The position numbers and the translations under genes are program-made. This document shows, piece after piece, positions 46,242-57,100 of a DNA stretch of 64,000 nucleotides. Each line of letters begins with the position of its first letter. Within the stretch, counting starts at the first letter, position 1. Source of the stretch: an uncultured Candidatus Saccharimonadales bacterium (lineage in GTDB: Bacteria > Patescibacteriota > Saccharimonadia > UBA4664); NCBI GenBank assembly GCA_964467655.1, contig CAYXSN010000003.1:34714-98713 (forward strand), written 5' to 3'. The notes under the pieces were generated by a model that did not search any database, had not been told where the DNA came from, and saw only the letters and a program-made list of their open reading frames with translations.

Positions 46242-49200
46242 ATGAAGTCGAGGTGGACTCTCATTGCGCTTATGGCGTGGGCCATTGTGGCACCAGCGCT
46301 CGTTGTTGTTATGCGTCCAGAAACCGCTCAAGCGGGAACACCAGCCTCCATCTTGCCGACCACATGTAACTGGACCAATACCACAACAATTACATGTAGT
46401 GGGTATCCTCAAGATGCCAGTCTAACTGTCACCTTTACACCCGACACGAGAAATCCATCAAACCCTCAACGCAGCTACAATGGCGGTACTGTCGGTACGC
46501 CAGGCGATGGAGGCACATACCAGTCTATTGAAAACGTCAGCGCCAACGGTACCAGTGGCCAATACACCGTCGATGGAACATCGCTCGGAGCCATCACGAT
46601 TGGTAATCAGGCAGCCTCAGGCCGGCCGGTCAACGCCGTCACGCCTGCCGATGCCAATGATGGTGCCGCCGATCCCGACACGGCCGTCAAATGTGACGCC
46701 GGCAAAGGCTTCACGTGGCTCATTTGCGGCACCATCGAGTGGGCCCTCAATGTGATCGATTGGATCAGAAACACCGTGCTCATCCCCATGCTCCAGCAAA
46801 AACCGTTCGACGAAGCTTCACCAGATATCGAAGCCCTCAAAAGCGTCTGGGCGGGCATGCGCAACATCGCCAGCATCGTTCTCATCCTGCTCTTCTTGCT
46901 TATTATCTTTGGGACGGCCATTGGCTACGACAACTACACCATCAAGAAAACCCTGCCCCGCCTAGTAGCCGGCGCCATCCTCATGCCATTGTCCTGGTAC
47001 ATCTGCGTCTTGCTGGTTGACCTCGGCAACATCCTAGGTGTCGGGCTCAAGGATTTAACGGCCCCCTTCATCCCTACACCGATCATTGATTTTAATTCAC
47101 CGATTTCCGAAGCTGTCTACAGCGTCGGTGGTGGTATTTTGCTCGGTGTCACTGGCTTTACCGCCTACACTGGCATGCTCTGGCCGGTATTGCTAGGCAT
47201 GGTCGTTGGCTTGGCCGGCGCCTTTCTCACCCTGGTACTGCGCAACATCTTGATTCTCGTCTTAACGGCCATTAGCCCTTTGGCAATGCTCGCCTACATA
47301 TTGCCCAATACCAAGAAATTCTATGACATGTGGCTGAGCAATTTCCTGCGCTTGATCCTCATGTTCCCTTTTATTATCTTGTTATTCCAAGCTGGCCGCC
47401 TATTTGCCGCCATCGCCGGAGCTGGCACCAATCCTATAAACACAATCTTTGCTCTTGTCGGACTGATGCTACCACTATTCTTAGTACCTTGGAGCTTTAA
47501 GACAGCTGGTCAAGCGTTGTCATTCGGTAGAGGCTACATCGATAAAGCTACTGGCATGGGCAAGCGGTACGGTTCAGACAAAATTGGCAACGCGATTAAG
47601 CGTCAGAGAGACAAAACCCGTGAAGCCAACAAAGCTCTTCGCCAGCATAACGCTATCCAGCGAGCAAAAGACATCGACAAAGAGGCCCCCACCAACCTCG
47701 GAGGTAAACTATCCAATAACGTCCGTCAACGAGTCGCCATGAAAAAAGCCGGGCATGGAGGCTTCCTTGGTGGCAAGGGTAATGTACTGCAGCAGCAAAA
47801 GTTTGAATCAGCGTACAGTGAAGCCGCCGCCACACAAGGCAAGATCGAGGCCGCCAAACTGGCTGGCGCTACCGGCACTAGCGAAACACACAAACAGCGC
47901 ATCGAAGCCGAAACCGCCATGGCACTCAAAGGCATTACCGACGGCCGGGCCAATCGTGCAGGATTCATGCAAGCTGTCGGCGAAGCCAATGGAGCCGAAC
48001 TTCCAGACAAAATGATCAGCTTCGCCCAGGCTAGTTACGCCGCCGGCACCGAATCCAGCCGTAAGAGCAATGCCAAGCTCCTCGGCACAGGAACCGGCGT
48101 TCAAGCCGCTGCCGCTGCGGGCGGTTTAGCTTCAACGGGGGCAATCGTCGCAGACGCCAGAGAAACCCAGATTGATAGCCTCAGTGACGAAAAAGGCCAG
48201 GTGGAAGGCCGCCTGATTGGTCAAAGGCACCTTGAGGACGTTGAACTCCAACGAACTGGCGTTAATCCGGCCACGGCAACGACGGCCCAAAGAGAAGCAG
48301 TCCAAAATAGGTTGCAACGCTATCGCCAAACCGATGCCCGCGTCAAAGCACGAGATACTGTACTTGAAGAAGGCGGGACCAAACGTCAGAGCCAAGCCGA
48401 TTTTACAACTCATGGATACCAAGATGTTGAGGAAGTTGAGGGTTCCGCTGCCCTCGAGCAACGTAGTAAGCTATCTACCACTCGCCAAGTCCGCCGCCAA
48501 CGCGTGGCCATCCAGGGTACAGCCGAGGGTGGCATGAGCGACGCAGATATTGAAATGGCGGCCAGTCGTGAAGCTCGCGAGAGCATTGGCGCCCAGGTCA
48601 TGAAGCAAAGGGTAGGCAACGAGACTGAGAGAGCCGACTTGGCTTCAGGTGACGCTACCCGTCGACCAACCCTCACCAACTCACTGATTGCCGCCCGAGG
48701 CCGGGCCGAAGAAAGCGCTTCCGCTGAGAGCGCCCAACGCACGGCCTACGTCAGATCTGCTCTTGGATACGAAAGCGAAAAACCATCTCGGCCATCGCTC
48801 GAAGAACGTATCCAAGATGCCTCTTTCAAAGCCACAACAGACCAGCGCACCAAAGACCTATCAGTCGGTGAGCGTCTCAGCGAAATCAGCAAGGCCGAAG
48901 ACCGGGTCCTTTTGAGCCAAAAAATCGATCCGGCTACCGCCTCAGCTGGTCAACGAGCCGATGCCAGGGCGAGCATTAGTGGCAAAATTGCCATCCAGGG
49001 CTCAGGGGAAGCCGGTTACAAAATGCGCATGGACATCGCCAAAGCCCGCGGCGAAGTCGAGGGCTTCGAAAAAGGCGTTAAGCAGCTCCAAATCGAAGAA
49101 ACTGCCAAGAACCTGCGCGAGAAAGCCATCGACGCCCATCTGGCTGCCAACACCGGCGCCACCAGAGCCGAAGCCGAAGAGGCTGTCGACAGCAATCCGG

Positions 49201-50633
49201 CCAACGATTTCAAGCGCGAGGCCGAACACAACGTTGAAGCTCTAGCCGCCGGCGCTCCGGCCCATCCCGATACTGTCACCTCGGACCAGGCCAGCCGCAT
49301 GTACCACGACGCTGGCGCCGAAAGCGCCTACACCTCAGCTGCCCAAGCCCAAGCCAATTCCATCGGCCAAGCCGTCGGTAAGGGACAGTCGGTCACAGCT
49401 GCGGTTGCTAACCGTGCGTCGACTAACCTCCTAGAGCTCGCCCGCGCCCACGGAGCAGCTCGTGGCATCACGAATGATGACCAAGCCATGGAGTCGTTCC
49501 TTGATGAACAAGTTCGCCTGACAGGCAGTGGCACGCCTGGTGTAGCCGCCGACCGCGAACAAGCCCGCCAGGCTTTACTCACGCAAATGGCCGCACAGGC
49601 TCAATCGGAAGTCATTTCTGCCGCTACGTTGGCAGGCATCGATAGCGGTGTCCGCAGTGAGGCAGCGGCCCAAGGACAACTTATCTCACAGGAAGAATCC
49701 TACAATTCGCCGACTAAATCCACAGCAGCTGATCAGCTAGAAATGGCTCGAAGAGACGCCAGTACAAACCTGGCCAGCAAAGAAGGAACCGACCAAGCCC
49801 GTTCACGCCAGCCCAAACTGGATTACTCGACAACAGTTGAGTCAACCAGGAAAGAAGCTCTTGACAAGTTCTTTGCTCAGAGAGTCCAAGAATCGGGCCG
49901 CAAATTCGTGATAGATGCCAACACCGGCAAACCAACTCCCGACCGAATCGATACTGCAGCGCCAACCAAAGATAACCAAGCCTCACTTCGTAAAATGGCA
50001 GAAGAAGCCTTCGACACGGGCGACTACGAGACCTTCGCAGCCTGCACCAATGCTTTGGGTCAAAACGGCAGTGGACGTGATATCGTCAGGGAGATTATTG
50101 AATCGAAGTTCGGATACGATGATAAGAACCGTATCAATCCTACCATCGCTGATCAGATCCGCAAAACAGCCAAAGCTAACGGCAACCCTGAATTCGACCC
50201 CGAATCATTCTTTAGTGCTGCAGTTTCGCGAATCAACAAAGATAAAGCACCATACTTATTTAAACCACGGGACGCCGCTTTTGGTAAACTACCTTCAAAT
50301 GAATTTGCGGCTCTCGATGACCGCGGCAAAATGCAGTACTTCCAGTGGGCAAGTGGCAAAGTTGGTACGACCGATGAAGCAAAGATCAGAGGTGAAGCCG
50401 TTTCCAATATGCACGAATCGGTCACCAACAAATCTCTCAAGCCCAATCCGGGCAACGCTGATTTTGATGCCATGTACCGCTACCTCTATGAGATTGATCC
50501 CACTACTAAGGCGGTTATAGGGCCAAATGCAGATAATATGAAGGCTTTTGAGGCACAATTTGGAGGGAATACTGTCAAATTCGGCCAAGCTATCGCCGAT
50601 ATTGAACGCGGCTTTAAATCACATAATGCCTAA
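46242..50633 (+). CDS. VirB6/TrbL/TraG-like polytopic membrane protein with a ~1000-aa Ala/Glu/Arg/Gln-rich C-terminal extension
   Basis: 1463 aa. N-terminal signal peptide, a Cys-containing ectodomain (~170 aa), 6-7 transmembrane helices (~aa 200-460), then a long charged low-complexity tail. Transcribed divergently from the pilin genes. Confidence 0.55.
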   Translation: MKSRWTLIALMAWAIVAPALVVVMRPETAQAGTPASILPTTCNWTNTTTITCSGYPQDASLTVTFTPDTRNPSNPQRSYNGGTVGTPGDGGTYQSIENVSANGTSGQYTVDGTSLGAITIGNQAASGRPVNAVTPADANDGAADPDTAVKCDAGKGFTWLICGTIEWALNVIDWIRNTVLIPMLQQKPFDEASPDIEALKSVWAGMRNIASIVLILLFLLIIFGTAIGYDNYTIKKTLPRLVAGAILMPLSWYICVLLVDLGNILGVGLKDLTAPFIPTPIIDFNSPISEAVYSVGGGILLGVTGFTAYTGMLWPVLLGMVVGLAGAFLTLVLRNILILVLTAISPLAMLAYILPNTKKFYDMWLSNFLRLILMFPFIILLFQAGRLFAAIAGAGTNPINTIFALVGLMLPLFLVPWSFKTAGQALSFGRGYIDKATGMGKRYGSDKIGNAIKRQRDKTREANKALRQHNAIQRAKDIDKEAPTNLGGKLSNNVRQRVAMKKAGHGGFLGGKGNVLQQQKFESAYSEAAATQGKIEAAKLAGATGTSETHKQRIEAETAMALKGITDGRANRAGFMQAVGEANGAELPDKMISFAQASYAAGTESSRKSNAKLLGTGTGVQAAAAAGGLASTGAIVADARETQIDSLSDEKGQVEGRLIGQRHLEDVELQRTGVNPATATTAQREAVQNRLQRYRQTDARVKARDTVLEEGGTKRQSQADFTTHGYQDVEEVEGSAALEQRSKLSTTRQVRRQRVAIQGTAEGGMSDADIEMAASREARESIGAQVMKQRVGNETERADLASGDATRRPTLTNSLIAARGRAEESASAESAQRTAYVRSALGYESEKPSRPSLEERIQDASFKATTDQRTKDLSVGERLSEISKAEDRVLLSQKIDPATASAGQRADARASISGKIAIQGSGEAGYKMRMDIAKARGEVEGFEKGVKQLQIEETAKNLREKAIDAHLAANTGATRAEAEEAVDSNPANDFKREAEHNVEALAAGAPAHPDTVTSDQASRMYHDAGAESAYTSAAQAQANSIGQAVGKGQSVTAAVANRASTNLLELARAHGAARGITNDDQAMESFLDEQVRLTGSGTPGVAADREQARQALLTQMAAQAQSEVISAATLAGIDSGVRSEAAAQGQLISQEESYNSPTKSTAADQLEMARRDASTNLASKEGTDQARSRQPKLDYSTTVESTRKEALDKFFAQRVQESGRKFVIDANTGKPTPDRIDTAAPTKDNQASLRKMAEEAFDTGDYETFAACTNALGQNGSGRDIVREIIESKFGYDDKNRINPTIADQIRKTAKANGNPEFDPESFFSAAVSRINKDKAPYLFKPRDAAFGKLPSNEFAALDDRGKMQYFQWASGKVGTTDEAKIRGEAVSNMHESVTNKSLKPNPGNADFDAMYRYLYEIDPTTKAVIGPNADNMKAFEAQFGGNTVKFGQAIADIERGFKSHNA

Positions 50634-50735
50634 TCAAAGGCTAGTCTAACCTTCCCTCAAGCCCCAATTTAGCGTAAGCTTTATATATCAACTGTGAGGG
50701 ATGATAGGGGATAGGCACGCCCCAGCACACGTGAT

Positions 50736-51560
50736 ATGGGACAATACACCGTACCGCAAAACGTTGAAGCCGAAGACCATATCTTAGGCCCGCTAACGTT
50801 CAGGCAGTTCATCTACATGATGATCGGCCTGGGCTGGGTGATTATTACCTTCGCCTTGTTCCGCAAACTGATTGCGGCCTTCATTGTCATTGGTGTGCCA
50901 CCGACCATTTTGTTCATGCTGCTAGCTTTCTTCAGACGCGACGGCCAGGACTTCGAGCATTTACTGGTAGCTGTGGTCGGCTTTTTTGCCGCTCCCCGCC
51001 AGCGCTTGTGGATCAAAGAAGAAACCATCGAAACCTTCCACATCACGCCCACAGCCAAACAGGCCGAAATCACCCAACGTAACCCACAGCTAGTCATCAG
51101 TGAACTCGAGAAGTTGGCCGTGCTCATTGACTCCCGGGGCTGGAACCTGCCGACTGCCCCCGAGGTCACGCCTCAGCTCATCATGCCCAGCACACCGGCC
51201 TCGGCCCGCATCGTCCAGCCAGACAATACTCCCTCAAACATCACCGCTCCCCACACCGACATGCTCGACCTCCAAAACAGCCCGCTGGCCCAAAACCTCT
51301 CGGTGCTGCTCCAACAGTCAGCCGACCATGTCAAGCAGTCGGCGGTCAGCGGCATGACACCGGGTAGTGAACTACCCGCACCGACTCATTTTGCCACGCC
51401 CGTCAAAAGCATAAGCGGCGTGACAGGCCTCGCCCAAGACGATATACTACGGTTAGCTACCCAGAGTGAGGGAATGAGCATTGCCTCTGTTGCGGCCCAA
51501 GCCACGCGCTTGAGCCCAGACAGTGGCGCAAATGTGGAGCCAGTTGCCAATGCCAGCTAA
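50736..51560 (+). CDS. Small membrane protein (two N-terminal transmembrane helices; VirB3/PrgI-like position) with a Pro/Ser-rich tail
   Basis: FIYMMIGLGWVIITFALF and FIVIGVPPTILFMLLAFF helices lie directly upstream of the VirB4 ORFs. The VirB3 assignment rests on position only. Confidence 0.4.
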   Translation: MGQYTVPQNVEAEDHILGPLTFRQFIYMMIGLGWVIITFALFRKLIAAFIVIGVPPTILFMLLAFFRRDGQDFEHLLVAVVGFFAAPRQRLWIKEETIETFHITPTAKQAEITQRNPQLVISELEKLAVLIDSRGWNLPTAPEVTPQLIMPSTPASARIVQPDNTPSNITAPHTDMLDLQNSPLAQNLSVLLQQSADHVKQSAVSGMTPGSELPAPTHFATPVKSISGVTGLAQDDILRLATQSEGMSIASVAAQATRLSPDSGANVEPVANAS

Positions 51561-52284
51561 TTCAGCCAGCAAAACCGGGAAAAGCACCCAACAAACGCTT
51601 TTGATTTCCGAAATCAAAGATGGCGTGGTAGTTTTGCGTGACGGCTCCATTAGAGGCGTCATCCTCGGGAGTGCCATCAACTTTGAGCTCATGAGCAGTC
51701 AGGAGCAACAAGGCATCGAGATGGCCTACCAGAGCTTCCTCAACTCACTTCATTTCCCAATCCAAATTGTCATTCGTTCAGAACGCATCGACCTGTCAGC
51801 CTACATCGACAGGATGCAAGCCAAGCGCACCGAGCAATCAAACGAGTTGTTGGGTGCCCTCATGGACGATTACATCGCCAATGTTAAATCGCTGGTCGAT
51901 GAGGTCAACATTATGGACAAGCAGATCTACATTGTGGTGCCATATTTCCCCGATGTAGCCACAGGCAAATCACCGGCGCTCGTCAAAAACATCAAAAATG
52001 CATATAGCACCCCACCAGACATTACGATCACCGAAGAAGAATTCAAGGCCTACAAACAAGAATTGTCAGAACGGATGGCCTTGGTCTCGAGCGGCCTCGG
52101 CCAGATCGGCATCAGGGCGCTGGCACTTGGCACCCAAGAACTAGTCGATCTCTACTATACCTGGTACAACCCCGACATCGCCCACAACCAGAAGCTGATT
52201 GAAGCCGAGCAGCTCACGGCTCCCGTGGTCCTCAAAGGCGACGGCCGAGCACCCCACACCACCATTGAGGGAGGTCCTTTCTGA
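51523..52284 (+). CDS. VirB4/TrbE-family N-terminal domain, encoded as a separate ORF
   Basis: LLISEIKDGVVVLRDGSIRGVILGSAINFELMS...GIEMAYQSFLNSLHFPIQIVIRS matches the VirB4 N-terminal region. Its stop overlaps the next start (TGATG). Confidence 0.55.
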   Translation: MAQMWSQLPMPANSASKTGKSTQQTLLISEIKDGVVVLRDGSIRGVILGSAINFELMSSQEQQGIEMAYQSFLNSLHFPIQIVIRSERIDLSAYIDRMQAKRTEQSNELLGALMDDYIANVKSLVDEVNIMDKQIYIVVPYFPDVATGKSPALVKNIKNAYSTPPDITITEEEFKAYKQELSERMALVSSGLGQIGIRALALGTQELVDLYYTWYNPDIAHNQKLIEAEQLTAPVVLKGDGRAPHTTIEGGPF

Positions 52285-54173
52285 TGGGACTTTTTGGCCC
52301 ACCCAAACCCAAAGTTGATCCTGGGGCTCTGGCTGCCTACCAGCAAGCTATGGAGCAACGCGAGGCCGAGCTCATTTACCGCCAAGGCATCATCACCATG
52401 CGCGACCTCATTGCGCCTTCGTCATTGGAGATCGACGCCAATTACCTGAGGATTGGCAAACGCTATTGCAAGACGCTCTACGTGTATGGCTACCCCCGCC
52501 AGGTGTTCACCGGTTGGCTGTCGCCAATTATCAACCTCGATGAAATCATCGACATCTCACTTTACATCTACCCCGTGGAATCGCGCGTCGTTCTCGACAA
52601 CTTACGCAAAAAAGTCACCCAGATGGAAGCTTCGTATGCCATCAACGAAGAGAAAGGCAAAGTGCGCGACCCAGGCCTTGAAGCCGCGCTCCAGGACGCC
52701 GAAGAGCTCAGGGACAAGCTCCAAGTTGGCGAAGAGCGGTTCTTCAGGTTTGGTATGTATCTCACGATGTACGCCGATTCCATTGACGCCATGACCGATC
52801 TCAACCGCAAAATCGAGGGCATTTTCGGCCAGTCGCTGGTGTACACCAAAGCCGCCACCATGCAGATGGAGCAAGGCTTCAACTCCACGAGTCCCTTGGC
52901 CAACGACCAGCTCCAGATCTCGCGCAACATGGACACCGGAGCCCTGTCCACCAGCTTCCCGTTCACTTCAGCTGAACTATCTCGCAACGAAGGCATCCTT
53001 TACGGCCTCAACCGCCACAACAACGGCCTGGTGCTTTTCGACAGGTTCTCGCTCGAAAACGCCAACATGGTGGTATTCGCTAAATCCGGTGCCGGTAAAT
53101 CGTTTTCCATCAAACTTGAAGCCTTGCGCTCTCTCATGATGGGCATCGAAATTATCGTAATTGACCCCGAAAACGAGTACAAAACCCTCTGCGAAGCCGT
53201 TGGCGGCACCTATCTGCGCCTCAGTTTGGCCAGTCAAACTCGCATCAACCCCTTCGACCTGCCGCGAGTATTCGACCAAGATGAAGCCGACAACGCCCTC
53301 CAAGCCAACATTATTACACTGCACGGCCTGTTGCGCCTCATGATCGGTGGCGCCACAGTCTCAAACTCCACCGGCGCCACCAGCGTAACCTCCCTTACTC
53401 CCAGCGAAGACGCCGACCTCGATCTGGCAATCATCAATACCTACGCCCGCGCCGGTATCACCCGCGACCCCCTCACCCACAATGCCACCCCGCCCACCAT
53501 GAACGATCTCTACAATACTCTGGCCTCCATGACGGGCAACGGCCCCGACCTGGCCATGAGGCTACGCAAATTCACCACCGGCACGTTCTCGGGTATTTTT
53601 TCAGAGCAATCAAACGTCGAAATCAACAACCCCTTCCTGGTATTCAACATTCGCGACCTCGAAGACGAACTACGGCCCATCGGCATGTACATCGTGCTCA
53701 ACTACATCTGGAACAAGGTCAAATCAGATCGTCGCAAACGCATCCTAGTAGTCGACGAAGCCTGGCAACTTATGAAGTACGACGACTCAGCCGCCTTCAT
53801 GTTTAGCCTGGCCAAACGGGCCCGCAAATACTTCCTCGGCCTCACCACCATCTCCCAAGACGTCGAGGACTTCTTAAGCAACAAAATGGGCCGGGCCGTG
53901 GTCGCCAACTCATCACTCCAGCTCTTACTCAAGCAAGCCCCTTCAGCCGTCGACATTATTGGCGAAACCTTCAAGCTCACGAACGAAGAAAAAGCCAGGC
54001 TCACCGAATTCCCGGTGGGAGAAGGCTTATTCTTCGCTGGACTCAATCACGTCATCATCAGAGTCCTGGCGTCCGAAACCGAAGCCAGCCTCATTAGCAC
54101 CAATCCAGCCGACAAAGGTCAGGCGCCATCAGCCCCCACTGAAACATCAGCGCCAGCGGAACAAGGAGCATAA
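52284..54173 (+). CDS. virB4: Type IV secretion/conjugation ATPase VirB4 (TrbE/TraE/PrgJ-like), central and C-terminal ATPase region
   Basis: Walker A FAKSGAGKSFSIK and Walker B ILVVDEAWQLM. The VirB4 middle region (LIAPSSLEIDANYLRIGKRYCKTLYVYGYPRQVFTGWL) is also present. 629 aa. Confidence 0.88.
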   Translation: MGLFGPPKPKVDPGALAAYQQAMEQREAELIYRQGIITMRDLIAPSSLEIDANYLRIGKRYCKTLYVYGYPRQVFTGWLSPIINLDEIIDISLYIYPVESRVVLDNLRKKVTQMEASYAINEEKGKVRDPGLEAALQDAEELRDKLQVGEERFFRFGMYLTMYADSIDAMTDLNRKIEGIFGQSLVYTKAATMQMEQGFNSTSPLANDQLQISRNMDTGALSTSFPFTSAELSRNEGILYGLNRHNNGLVLFDRFSLENANMVVFAKSGAGKSFSIKLEALRSLMMGIEIIVIDPENEYKTLCEAVGGTYLRLSLASQTRINPFDLPRVFDQDEADNALQANIITLHGLLRLMIGGATVSNSTGATSVTSLTPSEDADLDLAIINTYARAGITRDPLTHNATPPTMNDLYNTLASMTGNGPDLAMRLRKFTTGTFSGIFSEQSNVEINNPFLVFNIRDLEDELRPIGMYIVLNYIWNKVKSDRRKRILVVDEAWQLMKYDDSAAFMFSLAKRARKYFLGLTTISQDVEDFLSNKMGRAVVANSSLQLLLKQAPSAVDIIGETFKLTNEEKARLTEFPVGEGLFFAGLNHVIIRVLASETEASLISTNPADKGQAPSAPTETSAPAEQGA

Positions 54174-54179
54174 GAGGAA

Positions 54180-57100
54180 ATGGCACTGCGTTCTGCCGCC
54201 GGTCTCAAATCTAGCTCCGGCATGGAGCCACCCCGCCAGACGTTCAAAGATGCTCTGGTAGCCCAGAAAGCTTCAAGTAGCCAGAAAACAACTACCGCCC
54301 AAAAGCCGGTTATGACGCAAATGTCACCGATGGGCGGCAGTCAAACCTCCAAGCCCGACACCATCACTAGACCCCGTAATGAATCAATCAACGAACCCAA
54401 TACGGCGTCCAATACCAGCATCGCACCTTCGTCTCAGGCCGCCGACCTCAAAACCGGAGATAGCAAATTCGATGCCGTCCACGGCGACAACCGCGGTCAG
54501 CAAATGGTCGCCAACGCCGGCACCGCCCGGCCCGAAGCCAATGACGACGCCTGGGCCTCACCCGACGCCACGGCATCCTCCAATGCTGGTGGCCCACCAG
54601 ACTCGGGTGGAAAAGCGGGCGTCATGTCTCCGGGCGCCGATCCAAACCGTGCCAGTCAATCTAGAATACCTGGCAATGATGCCGAGGCCCGAGCCAACTA
54701 CGCCAACAACGTCAGTAACGGCCCGGTCGGCCGCCGGATTGCCGGCAAGACGTTCGATTTTGCCAACCGTCACCGTAAATCGCTGATCTTTGGCGGCGGC
54801 GGCATGGGTATTGTCCTAGCGTTAATCTTTGCCACGCTTGCCTTCTTGCCCCTCAAACTTGAATCATTCATGAATAACGTTATCAGCAACGAAGGCAAGC
54901 GGATGGAGCATTACGCCACGCGGCGCGCCGAGATCATGACCTACCGCTACCTCATGAACGCCGCCAACGGCACTATTGAATCAGACCCTTTGTATACCAG
55001 CTCCAATATCGTCAGGATGATGTGGGGTAACTTCCAGAAAGACAGGTTTATCGAGAAACTCCAGACTTCCAAAGGCATCACAGTGGAAAGGGGTGGCAGC
55101 GCCGGCAGTATCAGATTCACGACCGCCAGTGGCCAAGTAGTGGAAGCGAGTAATCTGAGTCAGCTCATGGACGTCCTCAAAAGCAATCCAGCCGGTACTG
55201 GCATTGAGGCAGAAATTGGCAAGTTCATGGAAAACGAGTACAAATGGTTCCGTATCTTTCAGCGCCGCTCTATCAGATACTACTTAGCCAAAGCTTACGG
55301 TATCAAACGCTGGAGCATCGACAAAAAAGAAGACAAGGTTGACCCGAAGTCCAAGGTACACAGCACCGAAATCCAGGCGCGCGAACTGGCCCTCGATGGA
55401 CCAAATGAAAAAACCATCAATGCCATCGGTTGTGTCGCCGCACCCGAAAACTGCAACGGCGAAGACTCCAATCGCCGCAGTACCGACCCCAATGGCGAAT
55501 CAACAATCGACCCGCCAAATACCACTGGGGGCAATGAAGAAGAGTCCAAAGCTCAGGCCGAAGCCAAAAAAGGTTTGCTTGAGCGCTACCGCAACCTCAA
55601 AACTACTGCCGGCAACAAAATTCTAGCGACCCTCACCGAACTGATTGGTAGTGAAGTGATAGCGAAAGGTATTCTGAAAGCCGTACCCTTCATCGGCTGG
55701 ATCTCGTTTGCGGCCGACATCGACCATTTCATCTGGGGTGGTAGCTGGTCGCAAGTCGGCATCAATCTGCGCGCCTTGCAATACGTAAGCGTCGCCCAAA
55801 CCTGGGCTACCCTCAAAGACCAGATGAAGGCCGATGAGCTGACTGCCAGCCAAATCAATGTGCTTATGCTTATGCTCGACGGCATTGAAAAATCAAACGC
55901 TTTCCAGCGCACCAATTCAGCCAATACCAATGGCGGTGTCACCATCCCGGAAGAAAAACGGGTAGGCAGCGATGGTGCCTTTATCGATCCCGAACCGGCC
56001 GGTCAGGGTATTTGCGGCATTACCTATCCACTGTCAAACGAATACCGGGGCATCCCGGTAAACGGCTTGTCTATTACCAACTACGAACCCTGGACGCTCC
56101 TGTACCGTCGTGTAGTCACAACACCACTGCTGATTGGCGCCGGCAACGTTCACTTTGACCTCTGTACTTTCAGGGCCGTATTCCAGCGTTTTATGGGCGT
56201 CATCATGCTTGGGGTCAAGAACATTCCGGGTGTCGGGCAGTTTATCTCTACATTCCAGACCCTCACTCAGTTTGTTATGCAAACCGAAATCATTCAGCGC
56301 CTCGTCGAGCAGGGCAGCCACTACGTCACGGCCTTCCTCGAACGTGTCTTCGGACTGGTATACAACGGCGAATGGGGGGCGCCACTCGCCAACACCATTG
56401 ACGGTGGCTGGGAAGTAATCACAAATGCCGTCACCCGTGACCACATGGGTGGTAAGGCCATTAGCTATAGCCTCAGCTATGAACAAACCACCCAGTACGC
56501 TCTTGAGGACCAACAGAAACTCAATGCCGAGGGACCCTTTGCTAGTCTGCTCGCTTGGAATACGCCAGGCTCAACCGGCTCTAAACTACTGGCAGCCTTA
56601 CCATCAACCCCATCAGCTCTCGCCAACCGTTTTACCGATCTCGCCAGCAGCCTCTTTTTACACCCCGCCAGTTATTTCAGTAAATTAGCGTACAACTTTA
56701 GTACCGGTAGTCTGGCCGTCGATCCAGCCAGCTTGCGCTCTCCCGCAGGCGTCATGCACATTGGCTTTGATGCTGCCGAGGTCAACGACAGCAACATCTA
56801 CATTGCCGTCAAAGACATCAACGGACCACCAGTCAATGGCGCCTACCCCGGCCAGCCCGACGGCCGCATCGATGAGTACGACTGCATCGAAGGGAGCGGT
56901 AGTGGCGAGAGCTTGCACATAGTCGGTACTACTGACAGGGCCGATGACATCACCAAAACCAACCGCTGCCTCTACGATACCTCAGTGGCCCTACCGCTCT
57001 GCTCCGGCGGCTCCTCCAATGACGACGGGGGACTGGGCCAAGGCGGCGATCCCGGTCCATGTGGCCGTGTCGCTGGCACCTCAGCTACAGGCCAAGCCGG

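Noticed and set aside
46480-50588. Numerous 60-200-aa ORFs in both orientations inside 46242-50633
   Set aside because: They are nested in the single 1463-aa VirB6/TraG-like ORF, whose Ala/Glu/Arg-rich tail generates open alternative frames.
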